A DNA stretch of 64,000 bases, taken from positions 7,781,337 to 7,845,336 of the forward strand of contig CM082586.2 in assembly GCA_040954595.2 (NCBI GenBank), in the 5' to 3' direction. The position numbers were made by a program, and so were the translations under genes. Origin of the DNA: Balanoglossus misakiensis (Eukaryota; Animalia; Hemichordata). This document shows, one piece after another, positions 12,470-23,818 of this stretch. Numbering within the stretch: position 1 is the stretch's first letter; every line of letters begins with the position of its first letter. A model generated the notes under the pieces. It made no database searches, was not told the DNA's origin, and worked only from the letters and a program-made list of their open reading frames with translations.

Positions 12470-13420
12470 CTCCAAGCCTTTGGGACCGATGGTGAACAAA
12501 ATATCTTTGAAAGTTTCCAGATATGCTTTCCAGAGGCATATCACCTTGTGATATTCACATGAAGGACAATGTAAAATCAAAACTTTGCAACCTTGGTATA
12601 CAAGGTGATATTGCCAAGGGATACATGAAAGATATATTTGGTCAAACAGTAGACAGAAAGAAGGAGAAGGGACTAGTTGATTCGATTTCAACTGATGAAT
12701 TTGATGATAAACTGACCAGTATAGAAATGGAATGGACTGAGAGCCATCTTAAGGGCCACGGCTTTTATTACTACTTTGTAGTAAACAAAGCTGATCTGAT
12801 AAGATGCACAATGACAGCAGATATCCGTACCATGTGTGGACTTGGCTTTCCACCTAAAATGTATAATCAAAATGCCAATGAATCAATTAACAGCATGATT
12901 AAGAGAGACAATGAGTGGCAGAAAAATGCGTAATATTGTTCATCGCCAGCAAGAACAAATCAAACTAGCAGTGATTGGAAGAGGAGAATATACAGTATTG
13001 CCAGAATACAAAAGTTATACTTTGGCAGAAAGTGACTTTTGTAAGATGTCAGCACCCCAGAGGGAGATTTAACAAAGCACCAATCATAGACAACTTGCCA
13101 CCTAATGAACCGACTCGCAATCATCATGAATTAGGTGTAAAACCTGAAAATTGCGAATTAACATCAGTGTCACAAGCTTATGAGAGCAGCAGAACTTGTG
13201 TCCTCAGAGTCTAATACATGTATTAGTGAAGCACCAGGAACATCAAACTCTCCAAGTGCCTGGTTTGTAATCAGTAGTCGTGGTTTACTTAATCCCCATC
13301 TTGTCCGAGAAGGCACATCTGGTGCACAGTTTATTTGTGATAGTCAGTGTACGAGATATAGCACCTACAAAATTTGTCCCCACACACTGGCTGTTGCCTT
13401 AATTTAGACTAGCCACAGTG
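12470..13420 (+). pseudogene. Degenerate Mutator-like (MULE) transposase C-terminal half with SWIM zinc finger
   Basis: GLGFPPKMYNQNANESINSMIKR (catalytic-E motif) and CDSQCTRYSTYKICPHTLAVA (SWIM-type), in several broken frames. Confidence 0.65.
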
Positions 13421-14267
13421 ATAACAAACCAAGGTGAAGTTTGTGCGAAGAGTTGTCCACTTGCCGCCGCCAAAAGTGGTTGGCAAACATACACCAGGAC
13501 TTCACTGGGAAAAACCTCACAAACATTAGGGTTAATACCTCCCAAGCTCACCCCATACCCAAGCTACCAAAAGTGTTAATGTGTATAAGCGGCATTGTTG
13601 GCAATTGCGAAAGTGCGGTCAAGAGACAATTATTACAATTTTATCATATTTGTTACCTTTCATTGTTGCGATCTATATAAATAATGGTAAACTTTCTAGT
13701 TCATGTCATTACTTCGTAATTTTGAGTAGTACACACATCACCATGGAGAGTTTGAACAAGAAACAGATAAGCAGCCCTCAAGGCAGCTGTAGTTACAACT
13801 TTCGTCGATCGATTGACCCGTGATTGAAAGTTAATTCATTGTTCATGGCAGGGAAGGTGATCTTAAATCATCTATCAATGCTACAGACTCAACGCCAACC
13901 AGTGACACTGACAACCACATACGCCTTCCAGACAGTGTCCAGCTTAGCCCTGCGTACAGGTCTGTGTGTTCATGGTGTTACACGGCCTCCACCACAGCCC
14001 TGCAAGGCGCCATAGACAAAATTGGTGCATCGGCGGGCTGGATCTGGTTACCTTCTTCACATCAAAGCTACCTCAGAAATGAGGCGATCAATAGTTATAT
14101 AAATTAATCAAATATTCTGTGATTATATTTAATGTGAAATAAATACAAACTAAACTTAAACTAAAAAAATGTTCAAGGCTTCTGACATTCAATTATGACA
14201 TTTGATATTGGATACTTCCAGTAAAGTTGGTTTTATGGTAGTACCTGTCTCTGTCCTGCTTTCTTAA

Positions 14268-16724
14268 CCCTGTGCTGTCTACAGCGCCCTCAGATGTCCC
14301 ATACGGGAGAAACCACATCGTCCGTACACGTCCGATGATTCCAGAACATCGGGCGATTCAAAAAGTGTGGGATACGTAACGGTTTCTTGTGAAATACGTG
14401 TTATCTTTTTCTAATGACGTATTAAACATATGATAGGCTCCCATTTCCCGCCAAGAAAATACCATGTGACCATTTGAACTTTTGCCCCTATCAACGATTG
14501 AAATCTCCAGGGACGCGCTGCCGACTATTTTTAGACAAATTATTCACGTCCTCTGAATATATAAATATCGGGAATTGTGACAGGAAAGTTATCAGGTTAT
14601 GGATCCTGGAAGAGCAAATGCCGAAATTATGAGAATATTTCTCGAAGACGATGATGACGAAGAAGAATTTTTAGGGTTTGAAAATATCGAAACAGCGAGC
14701 GACATCGATGTTCGCGAGCTCGATGAAGCCCTGCGTGAAGTTTTGAATTTTGAGACGGCCGCCGATGAATTGATACCGGAAGTACCGGACGATTTACGCA
14801 ACATCCCCTGGTCATCGGACCTCGAGGGTTTTGATTTGCCTCCGTTTCTTGTTGCGGAATCTGGTCCGAACCACCGTTTAGAAGTGGGTGCGCAGCCAGT
14901 GCAGTTTTTCCAGCAGTTGATTCCCCAATACTTCATGCAACAACTTGCCGACGAGACGAACCGGTATGCTGCACAATGTCAACAAGTCGGTGGACCAGAT
15001 AAGTATTGGTTTGAAACGAAGCCGGACGAAATACGGGCTTTTATTGCTGTGAATATTTTGATGGGAATTCACTCTTTGCCGGAGGTTAATGACTATTGGT
15101 CCACTGATGACAGATTGCAGGTACCAGGAATCGCCAAGATCATGCCAAAGAACAGATATAAGAAACTATGCCAGTACTTTCATGTAAACAATAATGACCT
15201 TGATTTGCCCCGAGATGACCCCGATCGCGATCGTATGTTTAAAATCCGGCCGCTGTTAGACATCATTCACCTGTCGTTTCCTGCTAATTATGTGCCTTTT
15301 CGAGAGCTGTCAATTGACGAGGCCATGGTCAGATTCAAAGGACACAGCTACATGATACAATACATGCCGGCAAAACCAGTCAAGTGGGGATTCAAGCTGT
15401 GGATGATTGCCTGCCCCCGTACCGGCTACTGCCTCAACCTTGCCCCATATACGGGAAAGAAGGACGGACAGGTTGCACAGAAAGGGCTGGGATATTCCGT
15501 GGTGTGGAATCTTTCCCGCATGTACCATAACATGGGACATATTTTATTCTTTGACAACTTTTTTAGTTCAGCCAGACTGGCTTTGGATTTACTCGGGGAG
15601 GGGACACTTTGCTGTGGCACTATTCGGCCGAACAGAGTGGGTTTCCCCTCGGACCTCCGCAACGTCAAGCTGGGCTTGAACCAGTCGGCAGTTCGCCAGT
15701 TTGGGAAGTTGGTTGCGACGTCATGGGTTGACAAGCGCACGGTGAATACTCTGTCAACATCATCACAACCAGAGTCAACCACTGTGAGGCGGAGAGCTGG
15801 AGAAATTTCCTGCCCGAAGAGTGTCATCCAGTACAACCGGTTCATGGGAGGAGTGGATTTGTCTGATCAACTGGCAACTTATTATCCACTCGGCGGCAAG
15901 CATTACAAATACTGGAAATATCTATTCTGGTCCATCATGAATAGAGCTATTTGTAATGCTTGGATCATGTATAAAGTTGCTAATACACCATCCCCAAAGC
16001 AACGATACAGGCAAAAAGATTTCCGCCTTGACCTTGCAACGCAGTTGGTAGCAGGATTCAGTGGCAGGAAACGACCTGGTCCTCCGGCTGTTCCGGTTCT
16101 TCTGCCAGCATCAATCTCCGCGGAAAACCTACCAAGCCATGACCTGGTGCGGCTGGAGAATGCCAGAGGCAAGAAGAACTGTGTGCTATGTGCTCAACTG
16201 GGAAAGAGAGCAAAGTCTGGAAGAGGAATACAGACATCGTGGATGTGTGCCAAGTGTAAGGTGGCTCTGTGTAAAGTTAACTGCTTCATCAGGTACCACG
16301 CCGTTCAGCTGACTGGCACCGGACATTAATGCCAGTGACTGTGTGTCGACAGTAAAGTGTAAAGGAACTAACGGATTGTAAATTTAGGAAAACCAGACTG
16401 TATATACGTTTTTATAATTATGTTTTATTCGAAGTTGTTGAAACTGAAAAGTGTTTAAAATTCGCCCCCAACAGTATTCTAACATGTTCATACAGGTAAA
16501 GTGTAATTGAATTTATTTGCTTTCATTTTCATTTTAGCATCATTTGAAAGCATATTTTTTTAGCTTTCATATAAATATTTGTTGCTGTAGTCAATTTTTA
16601 GCTCTTTTTTGGTTATTTGAATAAAAGAAATCACTGTCAGTCATTGAATAATATTTTCTGAATAGAGTGGAAAGTTCTGGTCTCCACTGTGCATTGTTAT
16701 GCAAATGAGCTGGGCTGCATAGGG
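14268..16724 (+). mobile_element. Full-length piggyBac transposon
   Basis: TTAA at 14264-14267 and 16725-16728. Ends CCCTGTGCTGTC... / ...GGGCTGCATAGGG form an imperfect ~12-bp TIR. Single internal transposase ORF. Confidence 0.93.
14599..16329 (+). CDS. piggyBac transposase (PGBD4-like), 576 aa, intact
   Basis: DDD triad motifs SIDEAM, FFDNFF and GGVDLSD; YMPAKPVKWGFK; acidic N-terminus; C-terminal Cys-rich domain CVLC...CAKCKVALCKVNCFIRYH. Confidence 0.95.
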   Translation: MDPGRANAEIMRIFLEDDDDEEEFLGFENIETASDIDVRELDEALREVLNFETAADELIPEVPDDLRNIPWSSDLEGFDLPPFLVAESGPNHRLEVGAQPVQFFQQLIPQYFMQQLADETNRYAAQCQQVGGPDKYWFETKPDEIRAFIAVNILMGIHSLPEVNDYWSTDDRLQVPGIAKIMPKNRYKKLCQYFHVNNNDLDLPRDDPDRDRMFKIRPLLDIIHLSFPANYVPFRELSIDEAMVRFKGHSYMIQYMPAKPVKWGFKLWMIACPRTGYCLNLAPYTGKKDGQVAQKGLGYSVVWNLSRMYHNMGHILFFDNFFSSARLALDLLGEGTLCCGTIRPNRVGFPSDLRNVKLGLNQSAVRQFGKLVATSWVDKRTVNTLSTSSQPESTTVRRRAGEISCPKSVIQYNRFMGGVDLSDQLATYYPLGGKHYKYWKYLFWSIMNRAICNAWIMYKVANTPSPKQRYRQKDFRLDLATQLVAGFSGRKRPGPPAVPVLLPASISAENLPSHDLVRLENARGKKNCVLCAQLGKRAKSGRGIQTSWMCAKCKVALCKVNCFIRYHAVQLTGTGH

Positions 16725-17386
16725 TTAAGTGCTAATTAAACGTCATTAACAAGCAAAATCCCATCATCCTTCGCCATACACTTTCCAGTAGCCATGGAGG
16801 AAGTGTATTAACTGTAGTGTGCAATTTGTCCCGGAAAAAAAAAACACTACAAAGAAAATCTGTGGATGCAAAATTGCCCCACTCCAGCAAATCAGGCACA
16901 GAGGTATTGAACATGAGTTTGACGTGAGCCTGACACCAGGAAAGCCACGCTACTTGTGCTTGTCTTGTGCAAGGACAACTGAACATCAATAATTATACAA
17001 AACTTGTAGGATCTATGTTCCAGGGCTGCAAGATTTTTTCTAGTGGAATGATTTCATGTGTCACAGCCTATTTTTTTTGAAAATTAAAATGACATGTGCT
17101 TTCAAACTGACCCATCAGCAGAAGTACTTGGCAAGAGACTTTTATATTTTAACATTATTTATTATTGGGACAGTCTGTCTTTTCACTGGTAGTAAAATTG
17201 TGCATTTTTTCTTAATTTTTACTTCCCTTTATTACTTATATTAGCAGGCGATCTTAAGGTAAGGTCCTATTGGATACAACATGTTATTTTTTTATGTTTG
17301 GCGGACCAACCTCAATTCTGTTATCATTAGCAATGGACCCCAACATGCCAGAGAAGTAACGCACCAACCTTAACATAAATTCATTC

Positions 17387-17680
17387 TTGGCCAGCAACGG
17401 GGAGTGTCAGATATGGTGTGGTTCCTTGAAAACAGGGGGAAAATATGGTGTCATAAATGTAAAACTGTTGAGCACTTCTTCGTGGAAATGTATTGCGGTC
17501 CATCGTTTATCTTACATGGTGGACCACAATACCACAGTGGTTGTCAAAACTCTGGATGTTTCACATTTATGCCATAATTCCCTCTGTATCAAGCCAGAAC
17601 ACCTTTCACTGGAACTACACCATATCAATAACAACAGACAGTACTGTAAGGCAAAAACTCAGTGTGTAGGCTTGACCTTT
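17387..17680 (+). pseudogene. His-Me finger (His-Cys box / I-PpoI-like) endonuclease remnant
   Basis: ECQIWCGS....YGVI....VHRLSYMV....DVSHLCHNSLCIKPEHLSLELHHINNNRQYC matches the CxxWxG / HR / SHLCHNxxCxxPxHL / ExxxxNxxR pattern. No clean start codon in frame. Confidence 0.8.
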
Positions 17681-18959
17681 CACTATCATGAAATTGTGGG
17701 TCTCATTGAAAGATATCCAATCAGTATTCTTAAAAAATCCACTTGAAGGTCACATATGTAATGGCCGTCATAAGAATGTTCCTTCAATTTTGACACCACT
17801 GTTACTTGTAAAATTTGTAAAGAAAGTCAGCCCGAAGGGTGGAGTTTTGATGGAGAGTTCGAATTCTTTGCCAGAGATGAGAATTTTAGAGACTTTTAGG
17901 TTGAAAAAGGAACTTCTTCCAAATGATGTAATTTGTGGTTCCTGTTTACAGACTAGTATACAGTATAATCACTCCTGCACTTCCAAAACGTGAAAATAAT
18001 GACAATTCTCAGTCAGTTTTCATTCAATGTGCTGCACCTGCACTTGAAGAAAGTGATCACATTATACAGAGTGAAGGGTTTATATTTTAACATCAAATAA
18101 ACAAATGTATACACATCTCTAAGATGAAATAGCTGAAAAGAATCCTAGTGTGGACTAATACGTATGTGATGAATATCTAAACCCTCAATTGTTAGATTTT
18201 GTTCAAAAGCTGATAAACAAGAAGACCGTTTTAAAAAGATAATCAAATTCTGAACACCAATTGGCATGTAAAATGGCTGAAGATAGTACTTCCCGACAGT
18301 TACTGGGACTATCCTCTGGACGTGCGCCGGAAGTACCTGTGGAAGTGGTGGGAGGCATCGAGGTATATTATCCAAAGACCCTCCTACGAGAGACGGGGTG
18401 GAAGATTGCAGTTGGTTTACACCCCCGGAAGGCAAAAAGCCTGAAGAGAGATATACTGGACCAGATCCGGGACCTGGTGAACCATATTTATTGTAAAGGG
18501 CATTGAGATAATTTATTATGTAATGCACTATACAAGAAATAAAGATTATGATTATCTACTTAAATACAGTGATAGACGGAACTAACAATAATCTATACAG
18601 CTACAGGGTAGCACTTTTACATGCAGAAATGCAGAGGTTTCTCCAAAAAGGACAAACACCAGTGGGTGCATCTCGACTTCAGTCTAGTATGCCTTGTATT
18701 TTAAAGGATATCAATGAGACAGTTAGCAAGGTATCTTCAGCCAACCGAACTGTCATGCTAGATTCAGCCACGGAGAGTAAAAGTGTGGCAGGCTCAGGAA
18801 ATCATTTAAGTCCACCTAGAGGTACAAACAACTGTTACTTCAAAGATATTTCGCTAGCTGTTCCTACAAATACAGCACAACGCTAACAACCTGATCATCT
18901 TCAACTGCAAGCCAGGAATATGATGGTGTTTTATTGAAGCTATAGAATATCCTATTTCA

Positions 18960-19166
18960 GTTATGGTTGCAAGCATGAGGCAAAAGCCAGAGCAGAGTAC
19001 TAGAGGATTATGTCTGCCAGGCACGATAATTTTGTACTCTGAGAGCGACCACAGATTGAACCCTAAATGGCCATTCATGGGTGCAATTCCTGATGCAGTA
19101 AATTGTGACTGTTGTGGTTTTGGTGCATGTGAGATAAATTTAGGTATGAAAACAGCTTTACTGTGA
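18960..19166 (+). pseudogene. YqaJ/lambda-exonuclease-like remnant (transposon accessory gene)
   Basis: LNPKWPFMGAIPDAVNCDCCGFGACEI resembles the P.LGASPDG.V.CxCCG.G.LEIK motif. Confidence 0.65.
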
Positions 19167-19914
19167 ACTATAACTTTACAGAATGGATAACAAAGCAAGA
19201 ATGTAATTGGCTTTTAAAATTATATCACGTCAGTTAGAAAAGAGTCTGCAATTTTATTTTTAGTGTGTGAGCTGCTAGTTTTGCAGTTGTCATCTGCTAC
19301 TTTCAGAAAGCACAACAAAATGCCAAAGGTTGTGATTCACAGTATTTTTGCAGTGGGTATAATGCACTACGACCATCTTTTGACCAAGGCTGGTGTCTAC
19401 CCTTGCTTCGTGAAAAGAACAACCCTCACTATCCTCATGCCATATTAGGCCACAATTTTCTTTCGACAAGGCAAATTTTGAGCGGTAGAATGTTCAAAAG
19501 GTCACGTCCGGTCAAACAGGCTTCTAATGCTACATGTACCGGTATATATATCCATCGGACGAATCGGGATTGTAACATAAATTCGGTTATAAATATAGTT
19601 TTGTTTGCACGACATTCAAGTTGAATTTCACGTTTCACTTATTGCTGACACGATTGATCAAAACAGCTTGCAAAGTTGTTGAACATTACAAACAACAGAA
19701 TTTTCCAGCCCAACATAACAATAGTCATAGTATACAGCAATGCAGTTCACACAAACTGCAGAGAATTAGAAGCAAGAGTATCATCAATTTGTCACAGTAG
19801 GTTACAAAATATTCAGACAAAATTAAATTGCATTATCGTTACTCACAAAAAATAGCTTGCTGTTCAAATTGTGCTCGATACAGCGAGCCTCTTTTGTGAA
19901 TTAAGACACTATTT

Positions 19915-19995
19915 CAATCTATGATGACATTGGAATTGATAAACTTGAGTGCTGTGGCCATGTTCAAAAGCGCACGGGTCGTCAGTTGATGGATG
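19915..19995 (+). pseudogene. Short Kolobok/Mutator-like DDE transposase fragment
   Basis: Reads IYDDIGIDKLECCGHVQKRTGRQL, the KLECxGHVQKRMG motif. Confidence 0.6.
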
Positions 19996-22900
19996 TGGTA
20001 TCTAGAAACAATCTTATTTGCCAAGGTGTAGCCGCAAGAGATGCAGCCCTAACTGCCGATGCAGCCCCAACAGCAGATGCATTTTAGGGAACAGTGAAAC
20101 TTTTTTTACGACATGCTAAAATTTTATTTTAACGGCGGCGGAAGTTGAAGTATCCCACCATGCCACAGCAAAGTTTACCTCCAAAACTGGTGGCGTCTCC
20201 GAGACCATGCCCGAAGAGTACATCGTTGTTACACTATAAATAATAATTTCAGAAACCCATACTCTGATTTGCAAAGGTGCAGCCGCAACAGTCGATACAA
20301 CAGACACAGCCCCAACAGTCGATACAACTGACCAGCCCCAACCGCCAACACAGCCGATGCAGTCCCTACAGCAGATGCAGCCCGACCATCAATTTGTACA
20401 TGCAGGATACCCCCCATTCCAGTCGGTTATACAGTTCCTGCGCAACAAATACCAAAGCAAGTCATAGACGAAGAGCTCTGCGTAGCATCGTCGATGGGCA
20501 ATTTCGCAAAATGATTGGTGGTATACCTTATGTACAAGCCCGATGAAAGAGTGGACCGAACGGTAACAGAGAAGTCTGGCAAAAGCTGCCACTGAGCCCC
20601 CGGAGGGCAACAGGAAGCAGTTTGTAAACACTACCCTACACACGTGCCGGAACTGGAACGTAATAGTGCGTGGAAAAGATGTGTCATAGATATTGACAAA
20701 GCCCTTAGAAAATAGAATTAATTTAGCTTTAGAAATTTTGTTTGTAACTTTTTTTGTAAATAATTGTCTTCTCAATTTTCATTAAATAAAGTCGAACGAA
20801 TATTATTTTTATTTCTGCGTTTTTATTATGAACTTATGAAATGTTTGCATGAAGGATGAAAGATAGAGTCTGACTTATAAATTGTTTCTGAGAAAACATG
20901 GCCTGGATAGATTTTTTTTTTTACATTTTTTTAGATTTCCTATGGAAAACTGATCCGTGGAGTCAGAGTGAAACACACAGCTGGCCAACAAGATGTCTGT
21001 GAAGTTTTGCAAATGCTGCCCTGTTCACCGCAAAGATCCGACAATTTCAACTGTAGTGTTGTAAAATTATCTGATTCTGTTATATTTATTCCTTTGGAGA
21101 AAATTATTTTGAGAAGAGAATGTATTCAACATCGTTGTGAATACACAACTTGCAGATTGGTGGGAGGAAAATACAAATATGAGCCTTTGTAAAAATATGT
21201 AACGTAAATAAATTTTTCGTCTCAGAATATTTACTTAAAAATCATCTTACTTCATAATAAGATGATTTCCACCATAGTTTTCTCGTGTAAATCACTGTCT
21301 CAAACTGAACTTATATTGTATAGCAGAAACAGCTACAGTGTATTTGCAAAGTGTCTGCAAGTTTATGAGGCAGTTTACATGTTGATACGTTGCTAATTTT
21401 GGCATGAATTACACTCCATAAATGACTGATCTTGTACGCCGAAATAATGCTGAGATGATGGTTACTTATGAATGGGTACCTAACTATGTTGTCTGGGTAA
21501 TTTGATATGTAAAAGTATAGTTTCTGACCCCCCTTCCCCCCTGTTAATAGGTCTAAATCCCCCCGCCCCTTACATAGTTTTTGTAATTTCTGCCTCATGC
21601 TGATTTTTTTTGAATGGGTGACAAAATAGTGAAGTGTAGAGGCATTATTTATATTCTTGTATCACAAAACGAAAGCAATGGCTCAGCCCTGTACTGAGCT
21701 GCATGTTCATCACACACAGTACATGTAGGGTATTTTGAATGGGTGTCGTCTCATTTTGTTTACTAATGGCCTCAACCTATATAATCAGATAGTCCAAAAT
21801 ATTTTCTGGAATGGAATTTCAATCTGTTCATGGAAAATAGCGCACTAAGCTGTCCATTGAAAGTCTTTTCCCACATTGTGGCGGATCAGTGAACGCAAAC
21901 GGTCCATGCACGTAGATTAGAAGTACCATGCGCGCGCATCATAAACGGCAATCATACACTTATACATCAGAATATCGGAATTTTACCAAGACAGCAGATG
22001 AAAATGTGACCGAAGATCATGTACTGATCTGACGAAGTCAGATCCCGTGAGGAGTACGGTGCCCAGAGTACTAGATCTTCGAAGTAAAAAACGGTATTAT
22101 TTCAAAACTCAAATGTGACTATGACCTCCATTCCAGTCAACCTATAGTACACTAACTAACTATGGCTGCCATCACAATATATTCTCCGCGAGTTTCCATT
22201 TAGAGTAGATGATACGCCTTTCTCTGATTTATGGTGTGATCGTTTTCATCAAGAATGACACAAACAACTCCGGGACAGTGCAACAGCTTCTGATGTGGCG
22301 GCTTTGGTCGGGTTTCCTTGGGGATAACGATCGACACTGTCTTCGCCTGCATGCCGCTGTAGCTTTAGACGCGATGCACAATTTAGGATCCCGCGTTTGG
22401 AATCGATACACTATCGAATAGTTTATCACTCCGCTACGTTGGACAGCGTAACATTCTGCTTATTTTTATTGCGATATAATGAGATGGACTGTAAAATTAA
22501 GCTTAAACGAGTGCAATAATCTTATTCTTGCGTAAAAAGTACTGAAATCCCCCAATCAAATACCCTAAATTATGGAGGATTATTTTATTTGCATGCGGAA
22601 GTATATTTTGCTGGCTAATTTTGAGCGGTCGAATGTTCGAAAGGTCACGTCCGGTCAAGAAGGCTTCTATATAGTATATCGGACGAATCGGGATTGTGAC
22701 ATAACTTCGTCAGCCCAACGTAGTATCCCACCCACTCCCAGCCTTAATATATTGATTAGCATTTAGGAGAGAGAAAATATATGTTGAGGGGTAAAATGCT
22801 TACAATTCAGGCCAACATTTGAAAATTCCAGTAGATTGGAGGACGCTGTATGGCGTGGCATGTAATAATAGAGGGCGCACTACTACCAAAATCAGTTTTG

Positions 22901-23818
22901 GCATGGTGAGAGGATAACGCAACGAATACGTGAAAATCACATATCCATTTGTATGGTACGACTAAACTTGGGGATAAATCGCTTGCACGGACATTGCATT
23001 ACATCCGAAGCCAAATTATTTTTCTCAGTTACGCCTAAAACGTTACTCTTTGGTTCGTCATTGCTTCGCCCTTTCCCGAATTGGCCCTCGCCTTGATCTT
23101 GAACGATACAATTTTCAACGAATGTTATATTTCGAACGCCGAATAAGCGTTTTAAGAAGACATTATCATGTACTATAATGGCTTGTGTACAAATGCTGAA
23201 CATGTGGGAAGTCTTTGCCACCGGCCTAATCACGTGAACTTGCCCGTATCGCCACCTGTGTGACGTAGACCAAACATGAAAGGGCAAAAATCAGAAATTA
23301 CGCCATTTGTCATAAATGGTTCACTGTTTTTTCATAACAGACCAACACCATGGTGCAATCGTTCATTTGTGCACGTAGAACAATCCGTTCTTGGAATCAA
23401 TGACTTAAATCCCATTTTAGATCTGACGTGATGTCATGGGTTAGTTTTACTCTCGTTCGAGCACAATTACTGAAAGGGTGTGGTTCAGTTCTCGTGTAGT
23501 TCATGAAAATCTTACCAGAATTCCGGGATTAACTCATTTGAACACGTCGGTGACCCCACTGGCCACAAAACCCCGGATTTTAAGCGTCGATGATCTGACC
23601 TACCCAACCGTGGAGGAAGGAACGCACCAGCTGAAATGATATTCGCCCACGTACACAACGACACATGACCTATTTTGCATCGTATTGAGCCTGGCTGTAT
23701 TTGTCAATGTCTGTCGCGCGTTTATTAGGACCATGGAAGTACTCGATACCTCCATGTTAGGACTCGTCGAAGAAGTTCGCTAGGAAAACACCGACTAGCA
23801 GGACTCACGGTTGGAATT

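Noticed and set aside
14592-16312. Overlapping antisense and alternative-frame ORFs in the piggyBac
   Set aside because: Expected shadows of a GC-richer long ORF; no motifs.
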